From the NCBI GenBank assembly GCA_038237845.1, contig JBBRYH010000012.1:3807-67806 (forward strand): a DNA stretch of 64,000 nt, given 5' to 3'. A program made the translations under genes and the position numbers. Below the pieces are notes generated by a model. That model was not told the DNA's origin. It saw nothing but the letters and a program-made list of their open reading frames with translations, and did no database searches. Positions 41,317 through 51,807 of this stretch are shown here, piece by piece (within the stretch, counting starts at the first letter, position 1; each line of letters opens with the position of its first letter). The DNA is from Bacteroidia bacterium. Its GTDB lineage: Bacteria > Bacteroidota > Bacteroidia > Palsa-965.

Positions 41317-41997
41317 ATGAAAAATATAATCCGAAGTCGACTTATTTATTTGTGGACCGCGTTATTGTTTTTTGGATTTTTTTCTGGAGACTTGAACGCG
41401 CAATCCAAAACAAAAAGTTTTTCAAAATTATCGTCGCCAGAAAAGTATTGGGTGATGACGCATCCATTTGTTGTTAAGAAGGCGTTCAATACAACCCAAC
41501 AAGCGCGTACAGTTACTGATTCATTAAAGCGAAATGGAATTCTTGCAGATGGAAATGGCGGTCAGTTAGATGCATTCCGACATGCCTATTGGATGGCATT
41601 ACTTGTTCAAAAAATTTCTCCAAAGAAAGCAGAGAAATTAGGAAAGGCCCACGAAAAAGGAAATTATGCTGATTGGAAAAAAGGAAATCAGGAAGATAGT
41701 ATGCGAGCTGACTCTATGTTATGTGTTATGGATTTGAAAAACAATACAAGTGGAATAAAAATAGGTTTAGAATATGCAACAGATACTTCTTCCTCCAAAA
41801 TATCCCTTGAAATGAAAGTCTTGAAGTCTGTTGAAAATGGAAGATTACTGATTGTCAAAAAAACAACTTCGGGAATTTGTTTGGATGTAAATGGCAGAAT
41901 AATAATCGAATCGAACTACAAGCATAAATGGTTTATCCCAAAGAGTCTTGTTCAATCAAACTTCGAAATGCCTCCTCCTTCCGGAAATCAGAAATGA
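41317..41997 (+). CDS. Secreted hypothetical protein (226 aa)
   Basis: ATG start and signal peptide. A TATCTTTG -7-like motif at 41303-41310 lies just upstream, which would make the transcript leaderless or nearly so. Internal motif GQLDAFRHAYWMALL. No confident family assignment. Confidence 0.55.
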   Translation: MKNIIRSRLIYLWTALLFFGFFSGDLNAQSKTKSFSKLSSPEKYWVMTHPFVVKKAFNTTQQARTVTDSLKRNGILADGNGGQLDAFRHAYWMALLVQKISPKKAEKLGKAHEKGNYADWKKGNQEDSMRADSMLCVMDLKNNTSGIKIGLEYATDTSSSKISLEMKVLKSVENGRLLIVKKTTSGICLDVNGRIIIESNYKHKWFIPKSLVQSNFEMPPPSGNQK

Positions 41998-42083
41998 TTT
42001 TTCTTTATTTAGCTAATAAGTCATTTCTTAATTAGAAAGAAATAAGGCTAAACTCGTATTGATTTTAATTTTAACGTAATAAT

Positions 42084-42668
42084 TTATTTTCCTTTTCGAA
42101 CCGAAAATAAATCCTGCACCATGGATAATTTAGTTTGCCCTGGTTGGAAAACGCCATGACTTGCATTTCTGACATCTTCTATGGAATAAAATGCATTTGG
42201 CTGATTCTCTTCAATAATATTTATCACATCTTTCAAATACTTTCTTTGAACAATAGAGAAAATCATTTTTACAGGACCTTTTGCTCCATTCGCATCAACA
42301 ACAGTCATTCCATGATTAGCAGCTCTTAGTGCAGTAATTAATTTGTCACTTGTTTCGCTTGTAATAATCCGAATCACCTGCATTCCTAAAGCTAATCGCT
42401 CTTCAATTCGCATTCCAACATAAGTTCCCATAGAAAATCCTCCTGCCCAGGCTAGATAACAAACAACATTATCAGCACGATTCATTACCTGTTTCATTGC
42501 AATTAACCAAATCAAAACTTCGAAGAATCCAACAAATGGAACAATCTTCTTAAATCCTCGCGACATAAAAATGTTGCGAAGTGTTCCTAATGTAACGTCA
42601 CTCATGCGAGCAACAAAAATTAGCAGTGGAAGGATTACCCAATTCAGAACATCATTTGAAATATGCAT
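42084..42668 (-). CDS. UPF0316 / DUF2179-domain membrane protein (YebE-like)
   Basis: N-terminal transmembrane helices and a DUF2179-like C-terminal domain (GMTVVDANGAKGPVKMIFSIVQRKYLKDVINIIEE). The track start at 42674 is TTG. The ATG is at 42668. Confidence 0.7.
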   Translation of the reverse strand: MHISNDVLNWVILPLLIFVARMSDVTLGTLRNIFMSRGFKKIVPFVGFFEVLIWLIAMKQVMNRADNVVCYLAWAGGFSMGTYVGMRIEERLALGMQVIRIITSETSDKLITALRAANHGMTVVDANGAKGPVKMIFSIVQRKYLKDVINIIEENQPNAFYSIEDVRNASHGVFQPGQTKLSMVQDLFSVRKGK

Positions 42669-42760
42669 CTGCAAAGATTCAAAAATTCGGAAACAAAAAA
42701 TCCGAAGACTTGCTAATGTTTTTAAACAATCACAGGTCTTCGGATTCTGATTTCCTTGAA

Positions 42761-45541
42761 TTATCTAGAAATTATGAGTGGTTTTGTTTCTTGAAACTCA
42801 CCGGAATGCAAAGAAACATAATAGGTTCCTGCAGCAAGTCCCGAAATAGACACATTTTCGGTGTAAGTGCCTTTTGCCTGTTTCCCTTTACTAATCACAT
42901 GGACAAGTCTTCCCATTTCATCCAAAAGGAGAATGTCTGTCTGAGCATTTTGAGGAATGTCATATTTGATATTGACTTCGTCATTTGCTGGATTTGGATA
43001 AATAGAAGTAGGGATCATCAAGGAAGTAGACTGCTCATGAACTGTAACAATATCATTCACACTCAAGAAATTAGCAGAGAAAATGCCATGTGCATGTGTA
43101 GCCATGACAACGAGTCCATCTGAAACACGCACATCTGTCATCATACATACTTCATTTCCAATCGTGCTTGCAGCCTGATTGACCCAAACGGTATTCAGTC
43201 CGTTCAAGGTATCTGTTGCAAATACACCAATGCTGGTTGAAACCATATAAATCATTCCGTCACTTACCGGTAAAAATGAGGCCCAACGTAAAGATGGACC
43301 ATTACCACTTCCGGAGGAGGTTTGTTCCAAATTACCAGCAACTTTTTGCCATGTTGCTCCTGCATCAGGTGAATAAAATAAACTGTAAACCAAGTAGTTT
43401 GAAAATACAACCATAACATGATCACCGTTATTTGGATCAACTGCAATGCAACTTACAAAACCTGAAGAAGGAAAAGTATTCGGAGAAAGGTCAAGCGGAA
43501 TTGGTGTACCGGTATTTGCATTATCGATTCTATAAACTCGTTTGTGATCTGTTCCAATATAAACTCTGTTCGCAGGAGTCTTACATGCAACAACTGCTGT
43601 GATTCCGTAATCTCCTACCAATGGAATAGAATCTGCCCATTGTACCCAGTTGGTTGATATGGAATCATAATTACCTACCATTGGAATTGTGGAAAGATTG
43701 TCGTTTCTCCATAAATATTTTCCGGCAGCGAGATACATGAGGTTATTATTATTCGGATCTAAAACGAATGGATTAATAAATTGATATCCTGTTGCACCGA
43801 TAGGATCAATTCGGGCAAATGAAGTAACATTCCCTGCTCCGTCTAAAATGGCACGTTTCATTTTACCATTCTGGATCGAGAAATAAAAGGCACTCTGATT
43901 GTCAGCAATTGCACTGTAAGATCCATCTCCACCATTTGGTTGTACCCACGGACTTGTCAAAGTTGTATTATTTGTATACCAACTTCCGTTGTCCTGTGCG
44001 CCGCCAATGATTATATTATTTCCTGAAGTGGCATGATCTACTGCAACCGTATAAAACATACTAGTGAGATACCCATTGTTGAGTGATGTCCAAACAACAG
44101 AATTCTGTGTGATGTCGTTTGATCTAAAAATTCCTCCATCGTTCGTGCTATACATTACATCTGGATTCGATGGAAGAAATGCCATGTTATGCTGGTCCGG
44201 GTGATGATTCGGATAACTTGCGATTACTGGAAGTGCAGAATATTCTAAATATCCACCAATATAAGATGTACTAGATGTGTCATTAAATCGATTTGTATTT
44301 CTATAAATATTTGTTCCGCCAATCAAAACAGTATTCGGATCATTTGGTTTAACGCGAACAACCAAATCATAAGAACCTTGAGAATTAAAATCTCCGAACA
44401 TTCCATAATGCTCCGAATTCGGCAAATTCACAGATAGGTCTTCCCACATGCCACCAGCCCCTGAACCATCTCCTCCAAGATATGTGTAGCGCCATAAAGT
44501 ATTGTATTCAATATTTCCAAGAAAATTGGTATCAGGCATTCCTAATCCAGTTGAATTTCCGAGAAAATAAATTTCTCTTTGATCAGATGGATTTATCCCG
44601 ATAACAACACGATTGCAAAGTGAATCACCAAACATAGGTGTTGAGATATGCGACCAGGTTGTTCCTTGATTTGTACTTCTCCAAATTCCTTTAACGGGAC
44701 CATCTGAGCTTAATGTGGTATAGACAATTCCGGAATCGCTGGTAACAGCAACATCTGTAAAATAGGAGTAAGGATTTCCCGCACCTCTAACTGCCGACCA
44801 TGTTGTTCCACCATTTGAACTTTTATATACTCCTCCAAGGTTTGCACTGTAAAGTACACTGTTAACTGTATCGTGCAAATCAAGAGCAATGTTCCATTGC
44901 ATATCCCAATAAGAGTCGAAGGTTTGCGGCGTATTACTTACTGTAACTGAGAGAGGAGACCATGTTGCTCCATTATCTGTGCTTTTCAACATTCCATTTC
45001 CGAGAAAATAGGCACTACCACCTGATGCAGATTGTCCGTAAGGTTCTCCTGAACCAGAGTACCAAGTTGTTTCATGTCCCGCTCGTGTATCTTGTGCCAG
45101 ACATGTAATACCATGATAATTTGCCAAAGGTGTTACTTGCGACCAGGAATTACCTGCATCTGTACTGGACCATATTCCACCACTTGTAGTTCCTGCAATC
45201 AAATGACTCTCATTTAATTTATCAATTCCAAAAGATCTTGTTCGTCCTCCAACATTCCACGGCCCGCGTTCATTCCAAATCGATTGAGAAGCAGTTCTTT
45301 CAAGACTATTTCCTCGAATAGAAAGGTCTGACGGAAGTGTTGTTGCAAATGCCAATTCCTTTTCACGCATGTGTTCAGGAATAGTTCCATCAGGTCCTGC
45401 TAGTCGTCGATATTCCCAATCTAAACGTTCACGCGCATCATCCTCCATTGGGTCTCCTGAATTTTTAAGTTTTGCATGCGTGCAAAGCAAATTAGAACCA
45501 ACAAGAAATGCTGCAAAAGAAATTTGTATTATTTTTTTCAT
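42761..45541 (-). CDS. BNR/Asp-box repeat secreted protein with a T9SS CTD. It is a paralog of 21103..23607.
   Basis: Signal peptide present. Repeats S(T/S)D(A/N)G(N/A)(S/T)W. C-terminal sorting domain (SIYPNPANDEVNIKYD...KPLIISR). Confidence 0.8.
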   Translation of the reverse strand: MKKIIQISFAAFLVGSNLLCTHAKLKNSGDPMEDDARERLDWEYRRLAGPDGTIPEHMREKELAFATTLPSDLSIRGNSLERTASQSIWNERGPWNVGGRTRSFGIDKLNESHLIAGTTSGGIWSSTDAGNSWSQVTPLANYHGITCLAQDTRAGHETTWYSGSGEPYGQSASGGSAYFLGNGMLKSTDNGATWSPLSVTVSNTPQTFDSYWDMQWNIALDLHDTVNSVLYSANLGGVYKSSNGGTTWSAVRGAGNPYSYFTDVAVTSDSGIVYTTLSSDGPVKGIWRSTNQGTTWSHISTPMFGDSLCNRVVIGINPSDQREIYFLGNSTGLGMPDTNFLGNIEYNTLWRYTYLGGDGSGAGGMWEDLSVNLPNSEHYGMFGDFNSQGSYDLVVRVKPNDPNTVLIGGTNIYRNTNRFNDTSSTSYIGGYLEYSALPVIASYPNHHPDQHNMAFLPSNPDVMYSTNDGGIFRSNDITQNSVVWTSLNNGYLTSMFYTVAVDHATSGNNIIIGGAQDNGSWYTNNTTLTSPWVQPNGGDGSYSAIADNQSAFYFSIQNGKMKRAILDGAGNVTSFARIDPIGATGYQFINPFVLDPNNNNLMYLAAGKYLWRNDNLSTIPMVGNYDSISTNWVQWADSIPLVGDYGITAVVACKTPANRVYIGTDHKRVYRIDNANTGTPIPLDLSPNTFPSSGFVSCIAVDPNNGDHVMVVFSNYLVYSLFYSPDAGATWQKVAGNLEQTSSGSGNGPSLRWASFLPVSDGMIYMVSTSIGVFATDTLNGLNTVWVNQAASTIGNEVCMMTDVRVSDGLVVMATHAHGIFSANFLSVNDIVTVHEQSTSLMIPTSIYPNPANDEVNIKYDIPQNAQTDILLLDEMGRLVHVISKGKQAKGTYTENVSISGLAAGTYYVSLHSGEFQETKPLIISR

Positions 45542-45664
45542 AGGGAAAGGTTTTGAAAGACAAAATTTGTAGGGAATGTAAATTTACAAAAACGGAGCAT
45601 ACAAATTAACTAAATGCTTAAAGAGTTTGTTCCATTTAGACGATTTGAAGTGTATTTTTGAGGC

Positions 45665-46501
45665 GTGAAGCATTTTGTCTTTCTCTTTTTTATAAGTGTA
45701 AGTTTTTCTTGTAATCTTTCTGAAAAAGATAAGGTTTTGAAGGCAAATGAGAATCAAGGAAATTATCAGCCACTTTTAGAAAAACAACGTTTATTATCCA
45801 TAATTAAGGGAGCCTGGGTCAATGAAGAATATATTGAAACTTTTGGCCGGCTTCACTCTCCGATGGCAGTCGATGCAAAAGGGATTTATTTGAAACAATT
45901 TGCATTTGATATTTCAAATTTGTCAGGCGACACATTGTTCAATGCAGTAAATCAATTGAATTATAATGATGGAGAACGTTTTGATTTGATGTTTTTTGAG
46001 TTGAAAGATGGAAAAACAGGGATGAAGCTGGTTCGAGATCGTACTACAATTTCAGATGATTATATTTTGAATTATTTAATTGAAAATAAGGATACTGTTT
46101 TAGAATTGACCATTAATGTTAATAGCGAAGAAAAAAAATTAAAATTTAAAAGACAATTCAGGAATTTTATTGTAAAAAATGAAATTCAAATTACTGCTTT
46201 AGATTATTTCGTTAATAAGGAATTAGTTGCTGGAGAATGGAATATGCAGGGAAAGAAAGTATTCTTTCAGGTAAATGGAGAAGTGGAAAATTTCATGGGA
46301 TTTAAGCGTTATTCTATTTCAACAATAGATGAAGAATCCGCCTCACTTCCTGATGAAATTTCTTTTTATAATGATACTACAGGCGTTACGTACATATTTA
46401 CAAGCGATAATTTTACCATTCGCTTATATGAAATAATAGAAATAAATAACAGAAGAGAGATATCTCGAGGCAAAATAATTGCAGAACTCAAAAGAAATTA
46501 G
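45665..46501 (+). CDS. Hypothetical secreted/lipoprotein (278 aa)
   Basis: GTG start; no in-frame ATG is available after the upstream stop. Signal peptide with Cys (SFSCN). Confidence 0.5.
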   Translation: MKHFVFLFFISVSFSCNLSEKDKVLKANENQGNYQPLLEKQRLLSIIKGAWVNEEYIETFGRLHSPMAVDAKGIYLKQFAFDISNLSGDTLFNAVNQLNYNDGERFDLMFFELKDGKTGMKLVRDRTTISDDYILNYLIENKDTVLELTINVNSEEKKLKFKRQFRNFIVKNEIQITALDYFVNKELVAGEWNMQGKKVFFQVNGEVENFMGFKRYSISTIDEESASLPDEISFYNDTTGVTYIFTSDNFTIRLYEIIEINNRREISRGKIIAELKRN

Positions 46502-46570
46502 TTCTCAATTACAAACGTTTGCTACCGAATATTTCATAGCATAGAAAGTAGTTTAGCCTTTTGATTTTCT

Positions 46571-48676
46571 ATGAATATTTTTCTGGCTAAAATTCCATTA
46601 GTAAGATTAATAATACCTTTTATTGCAGGTATTATTTTTAGAAATTATTTTGTCTTACCTCTTCCAGTTTTTTTAATTCTATTCATAATTACACTTTGCA
46701 GTTTTGCGTTGATCCTGCTAAATAAATTGCACAGGCGTTCCTTGCGCTGGCAAGGAGTGGAAGGTTTTGTAATTTCAGTAGCCTTATTTTTTTCGGGAAT
46801 TGGTTTATTTGAATTGAATGTTCAAGATAACTTTAATAAATCAAATCTTGAGAATGCCTTATTGGTAAGAATAGTAAATGCTCCTGTAGTAAAAGAAAAA
46901 AGCATAAAGGTTTTGGCGGAAGCAATTTCTATAAAAGAAGGGAAGATATGGATTGGCTCAAATGAAAAAATTCTGGTCTATTTTAAGCGAGACGCATCCT
47001 CAGAAAAACTGAATTATGGTGATGAAGTTTTAATAGCGTGCTCGCCGACTGAAATCGAAGCCCCAAGCAACCCAAATGAATTCGATTATAAAAAATGGTT
47101 AGCAAGACAATCGATTTTCAAACAAGCCTATGCTAAAACCGGTGATTGGAAATTAATTTCTACAGGAAATGGTTTTTGTTTCAAGTCCCTTGCCTTAAAA
47201 TTGAGAACTTTTTTTCTTGAAAAACTGCAATCCTATGAATTGAGTCCTTCCGCATTTGGCGTTTCATCTGCTTTGTTGTTAGGTGCATCCGATCATTTGG
47301 ACTCAGGTACTTTGCAAGCCTATAGTGCTTCTGGAACTTTACATGTTTTATCTGTTTCAGGAATGCATGTTGCATTAGTATATATTGTTTTACTTAAGCT
47401 ATTGGCACCACTTCAACGAAAAACAAAATTGAAAGTATGGAGTATTGTAATACAACTTGTTTTTCTTTGGTTCTATGCAACGCTTACAGGATTATGTCCA
47501 TCTGTTTTGCGTTCGGTAACCATGTTGACGGTTGTGATTGTTGGAAAAGCATTTAACAGGCAATCGCATATTCTCAATTCCTTGGCGGCATCAGCATTAA
47601 TTTTATTAATGTTTAATCCGTTACTACTTTTTGATATTGGTTTTCAATTATCCTACCTCGCGGTTGCGGGAATTGTATTGCTGCAACCTCGTTTAGAAGG
47701 TATTTGGGAACCTGATCCGAGTACTTGGAAAGGCAAAATTCAATCGCATATCTGGACATTGATTTCCGTTACCATTGTTGCACAGGTTTTTACTTTCCCT
47801 TTAGGACTTTACTACTTTAAACAATTTCCTGTCTATTTTCTTTTGTCTAATCTTATTGTAATTCCACTTTCTACAATAGTGATGTATGCTGGTTTGACAT
47901 TATTAATCCTTTCACCTTTTGTTCTTCTTGCTAAACCGATTTCAGTTTTATTTTCATTTTTAGTAGAATTATTGAATGCATGTGTTGCAAAAATTGAACA
48001 TCTACCATTTTCAGTTATCCATTCAGCCGAATGGAGCCAAATGGAAATTATCATTCTTTATTCGGCCATTTTGTTTTTTCTTTTATATTTTATTCAGAAA
48101 CAAATGCGCTTTGTCCAATTTGGAATGATGGTCATCAGTGCCCTATTAATACTTGTGGCATGCAACAATCAAAAAATACTTGCCGAACGAAAAATTGTAA
48201 TTTTCAACATTAATCATTCAACTGCTATTGGCGTGCTTGAAGGAAGGAATGTTGTGTTATTCGCAGATACTGCTTTACTCAAACGTAAAGGAGATATAGA
48301 TTATCATATCGAACCTTTTCTTAAATCATTAAATATTCAAACAGAAAATTATATTTCAATTCAGGATTCAGCTTTTGTGAAATCTAATTTTGTTCATTAT
48401 AAACAAAACAGAATAAAAACTTTGGGAACTGAAATTGTGCTTATTGACAAGGATTTTGAGAATGTAAATGCACCTTCAGGGGAAATTATTTTGTTAAGAA
48501 ATAATACCAATGTAAAATTGGATGAGATGATTTCACTTGGTAAACCTAAACTGATTATTGCGGATGGCTCGGATAGTCCTAAGAAAATACAGAAATGGAA
48601 AACAATTTGTAAAAACAGAAATGTTGCGTTTTATGATGTGACTGTTTCTGGCGCATTGATTTTGAATGGAAATTAG
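46571..48676 (+). CDS. comEC: ComEC/Rec2-family DNA internalisation channel protein, with no beta-lactamase domain
   Basis: Multiple transmembrane segments and the conserved competence-domain motif (GTLHVLSVSGMHVALVYIVL). Confidence 0.8.
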   Translation: MNIFLAKIPLVRLIIPFIAGIIFRNYFVLPLPVFLILFIITLCSFALILLNKLHRRSLRWQGVEGFVISVALFFSGIGLFELNVQDNFNKSNLENALLVRIVNAPVVKEKSIKVLAEAISIKEGKIWIGSNEKILVYFKRDASSEKLNYGDEVLIACSPTEIEAPSNPNEFDYKKWLARQSIFKQAYAKTGDWKLISTGNGFCFKSLALKLRTFFLEKLQSYELSPSAFGVSSALLLGASDHLDSGTLQAYSASGTLHVLSVSGMHVALVYIVLLKLLAPLQRKTKLKVWSIVIQLVFLWFYATLTGLCPSVLRSVTMLTVVIVGKAFNRQSHILNSLAASALILLMFNPLLLFDIGFQLSYLAVAGIVLLQPRLEGIWEPDPSTWKGKIQSHIWTLISVTIVAQVFTFPLGLYYFKQFPVYFLLSNLIVIPLSTIVMYAGLTLLILSPFVLLAKPISVLFSFLVELLNACVAKIEHLPFSVIHSAEWSQMEIIILYSAILFFLLYFIQKQMRFVQFGMMVISALLILVACNNQKILAERKIVIFNINHSTAIGVLEGRNVVLFADTALLKRKGDIDYHIEPFLKSLNIQTENYISIQDSAFVKSNFVHYKQNRIKTLGTEIVLIDKDFENVNAPSGEIILLRNNTNVKLDEMISLGKPKLIIADGSDSPKKIQKWKTICKNRNVAFYDVTVSGALILNGN

Positions 48677-48757
48677 TTTAATTTTTAATCCTTCTTTTCT
48701 TACTTCTTTTTAATTAAATTTTATTTTAAAATTAAACTTTCCTATTTCTTAAAATTC

Positions 48758-48793
48758 AAAATCCGTCCTCACATCAATGTGAAAACGGATTTT
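48758..48793. terminator. Bidirectional hairpin between comEC and ndk
   Basis: Perfect 9-bp stem aaaatccgt/acggatttt, with an inner palindrome tcacat..atgtga. Flanked by AT-rich tracts. Confidence 0.55.
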
Positions 48794-48815
48794 GTATAAA
48801 TGTTTATTTGATATT

Positions 48816-49235
48816 CTAGAAACGCTCTGTTCCGGCAAAGAAGAAATTTCCTTCAATTGCAGCATTTTCATCGCTATCAGATCCATGAACTGCGTTAGCA
48901 GCAATCGATTTTGCATAAAGCTGACGAATAGTTCCCGGATCTGCCTTAGTTGGATCTGTTGCTCCGATAAGTGTACGGAATGAAGCTACTGCATTTTCTT
49001 TCTCAAGAATAACTGCAACGATTGGTCCGGAAGACATGTATGAAACAAGCTCTCCATAAAATGGACGCTCTTTGTGTACATCATAAAATTTTCCTGCCAT
49101 TTCGGTAGAAAGTTTAGTGTATTTCATCGCCACGATGCGGAATCCAGCCTCATTGATCTTATTGAGGATTGCTCCGATATAGTTGTTTTCAACTGCGTCG
49201 GGCTTAAGCATTGTAAAAGTTCTGTTGGTTGCCAT
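48816..49235 (-). CDS. ndk: Nucleoside diphosphate kinase
   Basis: NDK signatures ([12 protein letters not shown]...GSDS...). The track ORF is extended upstream. The ATG is at 49235. Confidence 0.9.
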   Translation of the reverse strand: MATNRTFTMLKPDAVENNYIGAILNKINEAGFRIVAMKYTKLSTEMAGKFYDVHKERPFYGELVSYMSSGPIVAVILEKENAVASFRTLIGATDPTKADPGTIRQLYAKSIAANAVHGSDSDENAAIEGNFFFAGTERF

Positions 49236-49363
49236 GATAGGTTTTATTGTATTACCCAATGAAGGGCGGATTAAATTGCGTGCAAAAGTAAGCATTTTTC
49301 ATTTTCTAAATCACCAAGCGAGCTCCTTTCCTTTAACTTTGTCCTAACTGACCAATAGATACT

Positions 49364-50380
49364 GTGAAAACAAAAGGAATCGCCCCACTCAAAAAAATAC
49401 TTTCTAAAGCGAAAAAGATCGCAATTGTTACCCATTGGTCGCCCGACGGCGATGCGATTGGTTCTTCTCTTGGTTTGTGGAATTATCTCAAAAAATCAGG
49501 TCATGCTGCAACAGTGATTGTTCCCAATGAATATCCTGAATTTTTAAATTGGATGTATGGCCAAAAACAAATTGTGGACGCATCCAAAAACAAAAAGAAA
49601 GCTGAAGACACACTCAAAAAGGCAGATATTATTTTCTGTCTCGATTTTAATGAATTGAAACGAATTAATTCTTTGGGTGAAATTATTTCAAAACTGGAGG
49701 TGCCAAAAGTATTAATTGATCATCATCCTAATCCTTCTGATTTTGCAGACTATATGTTGCATAAAGTATCAGCAAGTTCTACTGCTGAATTGATTTATGA
49801 TTTTATTCTGGAGATGAAAGGTGCAAAATACATTGATAAAAATCTTGCTAATTGTTTGTATACTGGCATTATGACGGATACTGGATCATTCCGTTTTCCA
49901 TCTACTTCAGTAAAAACGCATCATGTGATTTCGAAACTCATGGAAGCGGGGGCGGAGAATTCTTTGAATCATAATCGTATTTATGATGACAATTCTGAAA
50001 ATCGTTTACGTTTATTAGGATACGCATTAAGCGAAAAATTGGAAGTGCTGCCTGAATTTCACGCGGCGTTTTTTACTTTGAATGATGAAGAACATGACCG
50101 TTTTAATTATCAAAAAGGCGACACCGAAGGTTTGGTGAATTATGCGCTAACCATGCGCGGTATTGTATTTGCTGCTTTTTTTGCTGAACGTGATGGAAAA
50201 GTGAAATGTTCTTTTCGCTCGAAAGGAAATTTTGATGTCAACCTATTTGCAAGAGCAGGATTCAATGGAGGTGGTCACAAAAATGCAGCAGGCGGAATGC
50301 TTGAACTTCCCTTAGCCGAAGTTGTTAAAAAATTCAAATCTATGCTGCCTGCAAGCCTTCCACAACTTAAAAAAGCCTGA
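49364..50380 (+). CDS. DHH/DHHA1-family phosphoesterase (NrnA-like bifunctional oligoribonuclease/pAp phosphatase)
   Basis: DHH motif (LIDHHPN) and GGGH motif (GGGHKNAAGG). GTG start. A TAACTTTG -7-like element lies at 49334-49341. Confidence 0.8.
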   Translation: MKTKGIAPLKKILSKAKKIAIVTHWSPDGDAIGSSLGLWNYLKKSGHAATVIVPNEYPEFLNWMYGQKQIVDASKNKKKAEDTLKKADIIFCLDFNELKRINSLGEIISKLEVPKVLIDHHPNPSDFADYMLHKVSASSTAELIYDFILEMKGAKYIDKNLANCLYTGIMTDTGSFRFPSTSVKTHHVISKLMEAGAENSLNHNRIYDDNSENRLRLLGYALSEKLEVLPEFHAAFFTLNDEEHDRFNYQKGDTEGLVNYALTMRGIVFAAFFAERDGKVKCSFRSKGNFDVNLFARAGFNGGGHKNAAGGMLELPLAEVVKKFKSMLPASLPQLKKA

Positions 50381-50409
50381 ACTTCGTTCTATATTGATAT
50401 TCGTGTAAA

Positions 50410-50937
50410 ATGAAGGCAATTTTCGGGATTGTATTTTTATTTTTAATGATTGCATGCGGGGAAAAAGAAAAACCCAAGCGTCAACAATACACAAAAGAAC
50501 AAGTCAAAGATCTTTCGGTGCAGATGAATACCTGGGATGAGAAAAGACAGAATGATGAAATCAATCAATATATAAAAGCGCACGATTGGCAGATGGAAAT
50601 GACGCCAACTGGTTTGAGGTATATGTTATTGAAAACAGGAAAAGGTCCACTGGCAAAAAAAGGGCAAATTGCTAAAGTGGTTTATAAAATTTCTCTTTTG
50701 GACGGAACAATTTGTTATTCTTCAGATAAGGATGGCCCAAAAGATTTCCTTATTGGAAAAGATTATGTCGAGTCGGGAGTACACGAAGGAATTCAACTTA
50801 TGCATGAAGGTGATAAAATGAGATTTATCCTTCCCTCTCATTTAGCACAAGGACTTACAGGTGATCAGACACAAATTCCGCCTTTATCAAGTGTTATTTA
50901 TGAAATCGAATTACTCGGTTTGAAAGATTTAGAATAA
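50410..50937 (+). CDS. FKBP-type peptidyl-prolyl isomerase lipoprotein (first of five)
   Basis: Lipobox LMIACGE. FKBP domain (GLRYMLLKTGKGPLAKKGQIAKVVYKISLLDGTICYSS...). Confidence 0.8.
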   Translation: MKAIFGIVFLFLMIACGEKEKPKRQQYTKEQVKDLSVQMNTWDEKRQNDEINQYIKAHDWQMEMTPTGLRYMLLKTGKGPLAKKGQIAKVVYKISLLDGTICYSSDKDGPKDFLIGKDYVESGVHEGIQLMHEGDKMRFILPSHLAQGLTGDQTQIPPLSSVIYEIELLGLKDLE

Positions 50938-51792
50938 ATGACTTTTAAAATGTTTTTAAACAGAATGCGAAATCTTGGAATTGTAGTTTTTGTAATCGCA
51001 CTAGTTCTTTTGCATAGTTGTACTACTGATTCTAAATATCCTGGATATACAGAGGCCGAACCAGGAATCTATTATAAACTTCATATTCCAGGCGAAACAG
51101 GCAAAAAGGCTGGACCAGACGATTTTTATGAAGTAAGGATGCAGAATAAATTCGGTGGTAAAGTTTTTTACGATTCGGAATTCGAAACTGGTACAGGAAC
51201 GCTTCTAATGCAATCTTCTGCAAGTCGATATTTCAGTGTTTTAGGAGAAGGGGATAGTGCCACATTTATTCTACCAGGCGGAGATCTTTCACTCCCAGGA
51301 ATGCCCGATACAGGAACCGTAGAAATGAATGTAAAAATCATACGCATTCTTACACCTGATGAAGTGACTAAATGGGAAAAAGCAAATGATCCCGAAATGG
51401 GGGAACAATTACTGATTCATCGATACATGACACAAAATAAATTAACAATTAATCCAGATAGCACCGGCTTGTATTTTCTATCACAAAAGGACGGTTCCGG
51501 ACCTGGTCCTGCTCGTGGATTAACTGTAAAAGTGAAGTACAAAGGATTTTTACCCAATGGAAAACAAGTAGATGGAAATGCAGACGAAGACGTTCCTTTT
51601 GCGTTTGAATGGGGTGCTGAAGAGCAGATGATTCCAGGTATTTTAAAGGCACTTTCCCATATGAAGGCAGGTGGGAAAGCGAAAATAATCCTACCTTCGC
51701 CGCTGGCTTTTGGGGTTAATGGTTCCTCTAATGGAATTGTACCGCCACATACGCCGATTATTTACCAACTGGAACTTGTTTCAGTAGAATAA
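50938..51792 (+). CDS. FKBP-type PPIase lipoprotein with a duplicated N-terminal FKBP-like region (second of five)
   Basis: Lipobox LLHSCT. C-terminal FKBP domain (GLTVKVKYKGFLPNGKQVDGN...PFAFEWGAEEQMIPGILKALSHMKAGGKAKIILPSPLAFG). Confidence 0.8.
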   Translation: MTFKMFLNRMRNLGIVVFVIALVLLHSCTTDSKYPGYTEAEPGIYYKLHIPGETGKKAGPDDFYEVRMQNKFGGKVFYDSEFETGTGTLLMQSSASRYFSVLGEGDSATFILPGGDLSLPGMPDTGTVEMNVKIIRILTPDEVTKWEKANDPEMGEQLLIHRYMTQNKLTINPDSTGLYFLSQKDGSGPGPARGLTVKVKYKGFLPNGKQVDGNADEDVPFAFEWGAEEQMIPGILKALSHMKAGGKAKIILPSPLAFGVNGSSNGIVPPHTPIIYQLELVSVE

Positions 51793-51807
51793 AACCAAAT
51801 CATAACA

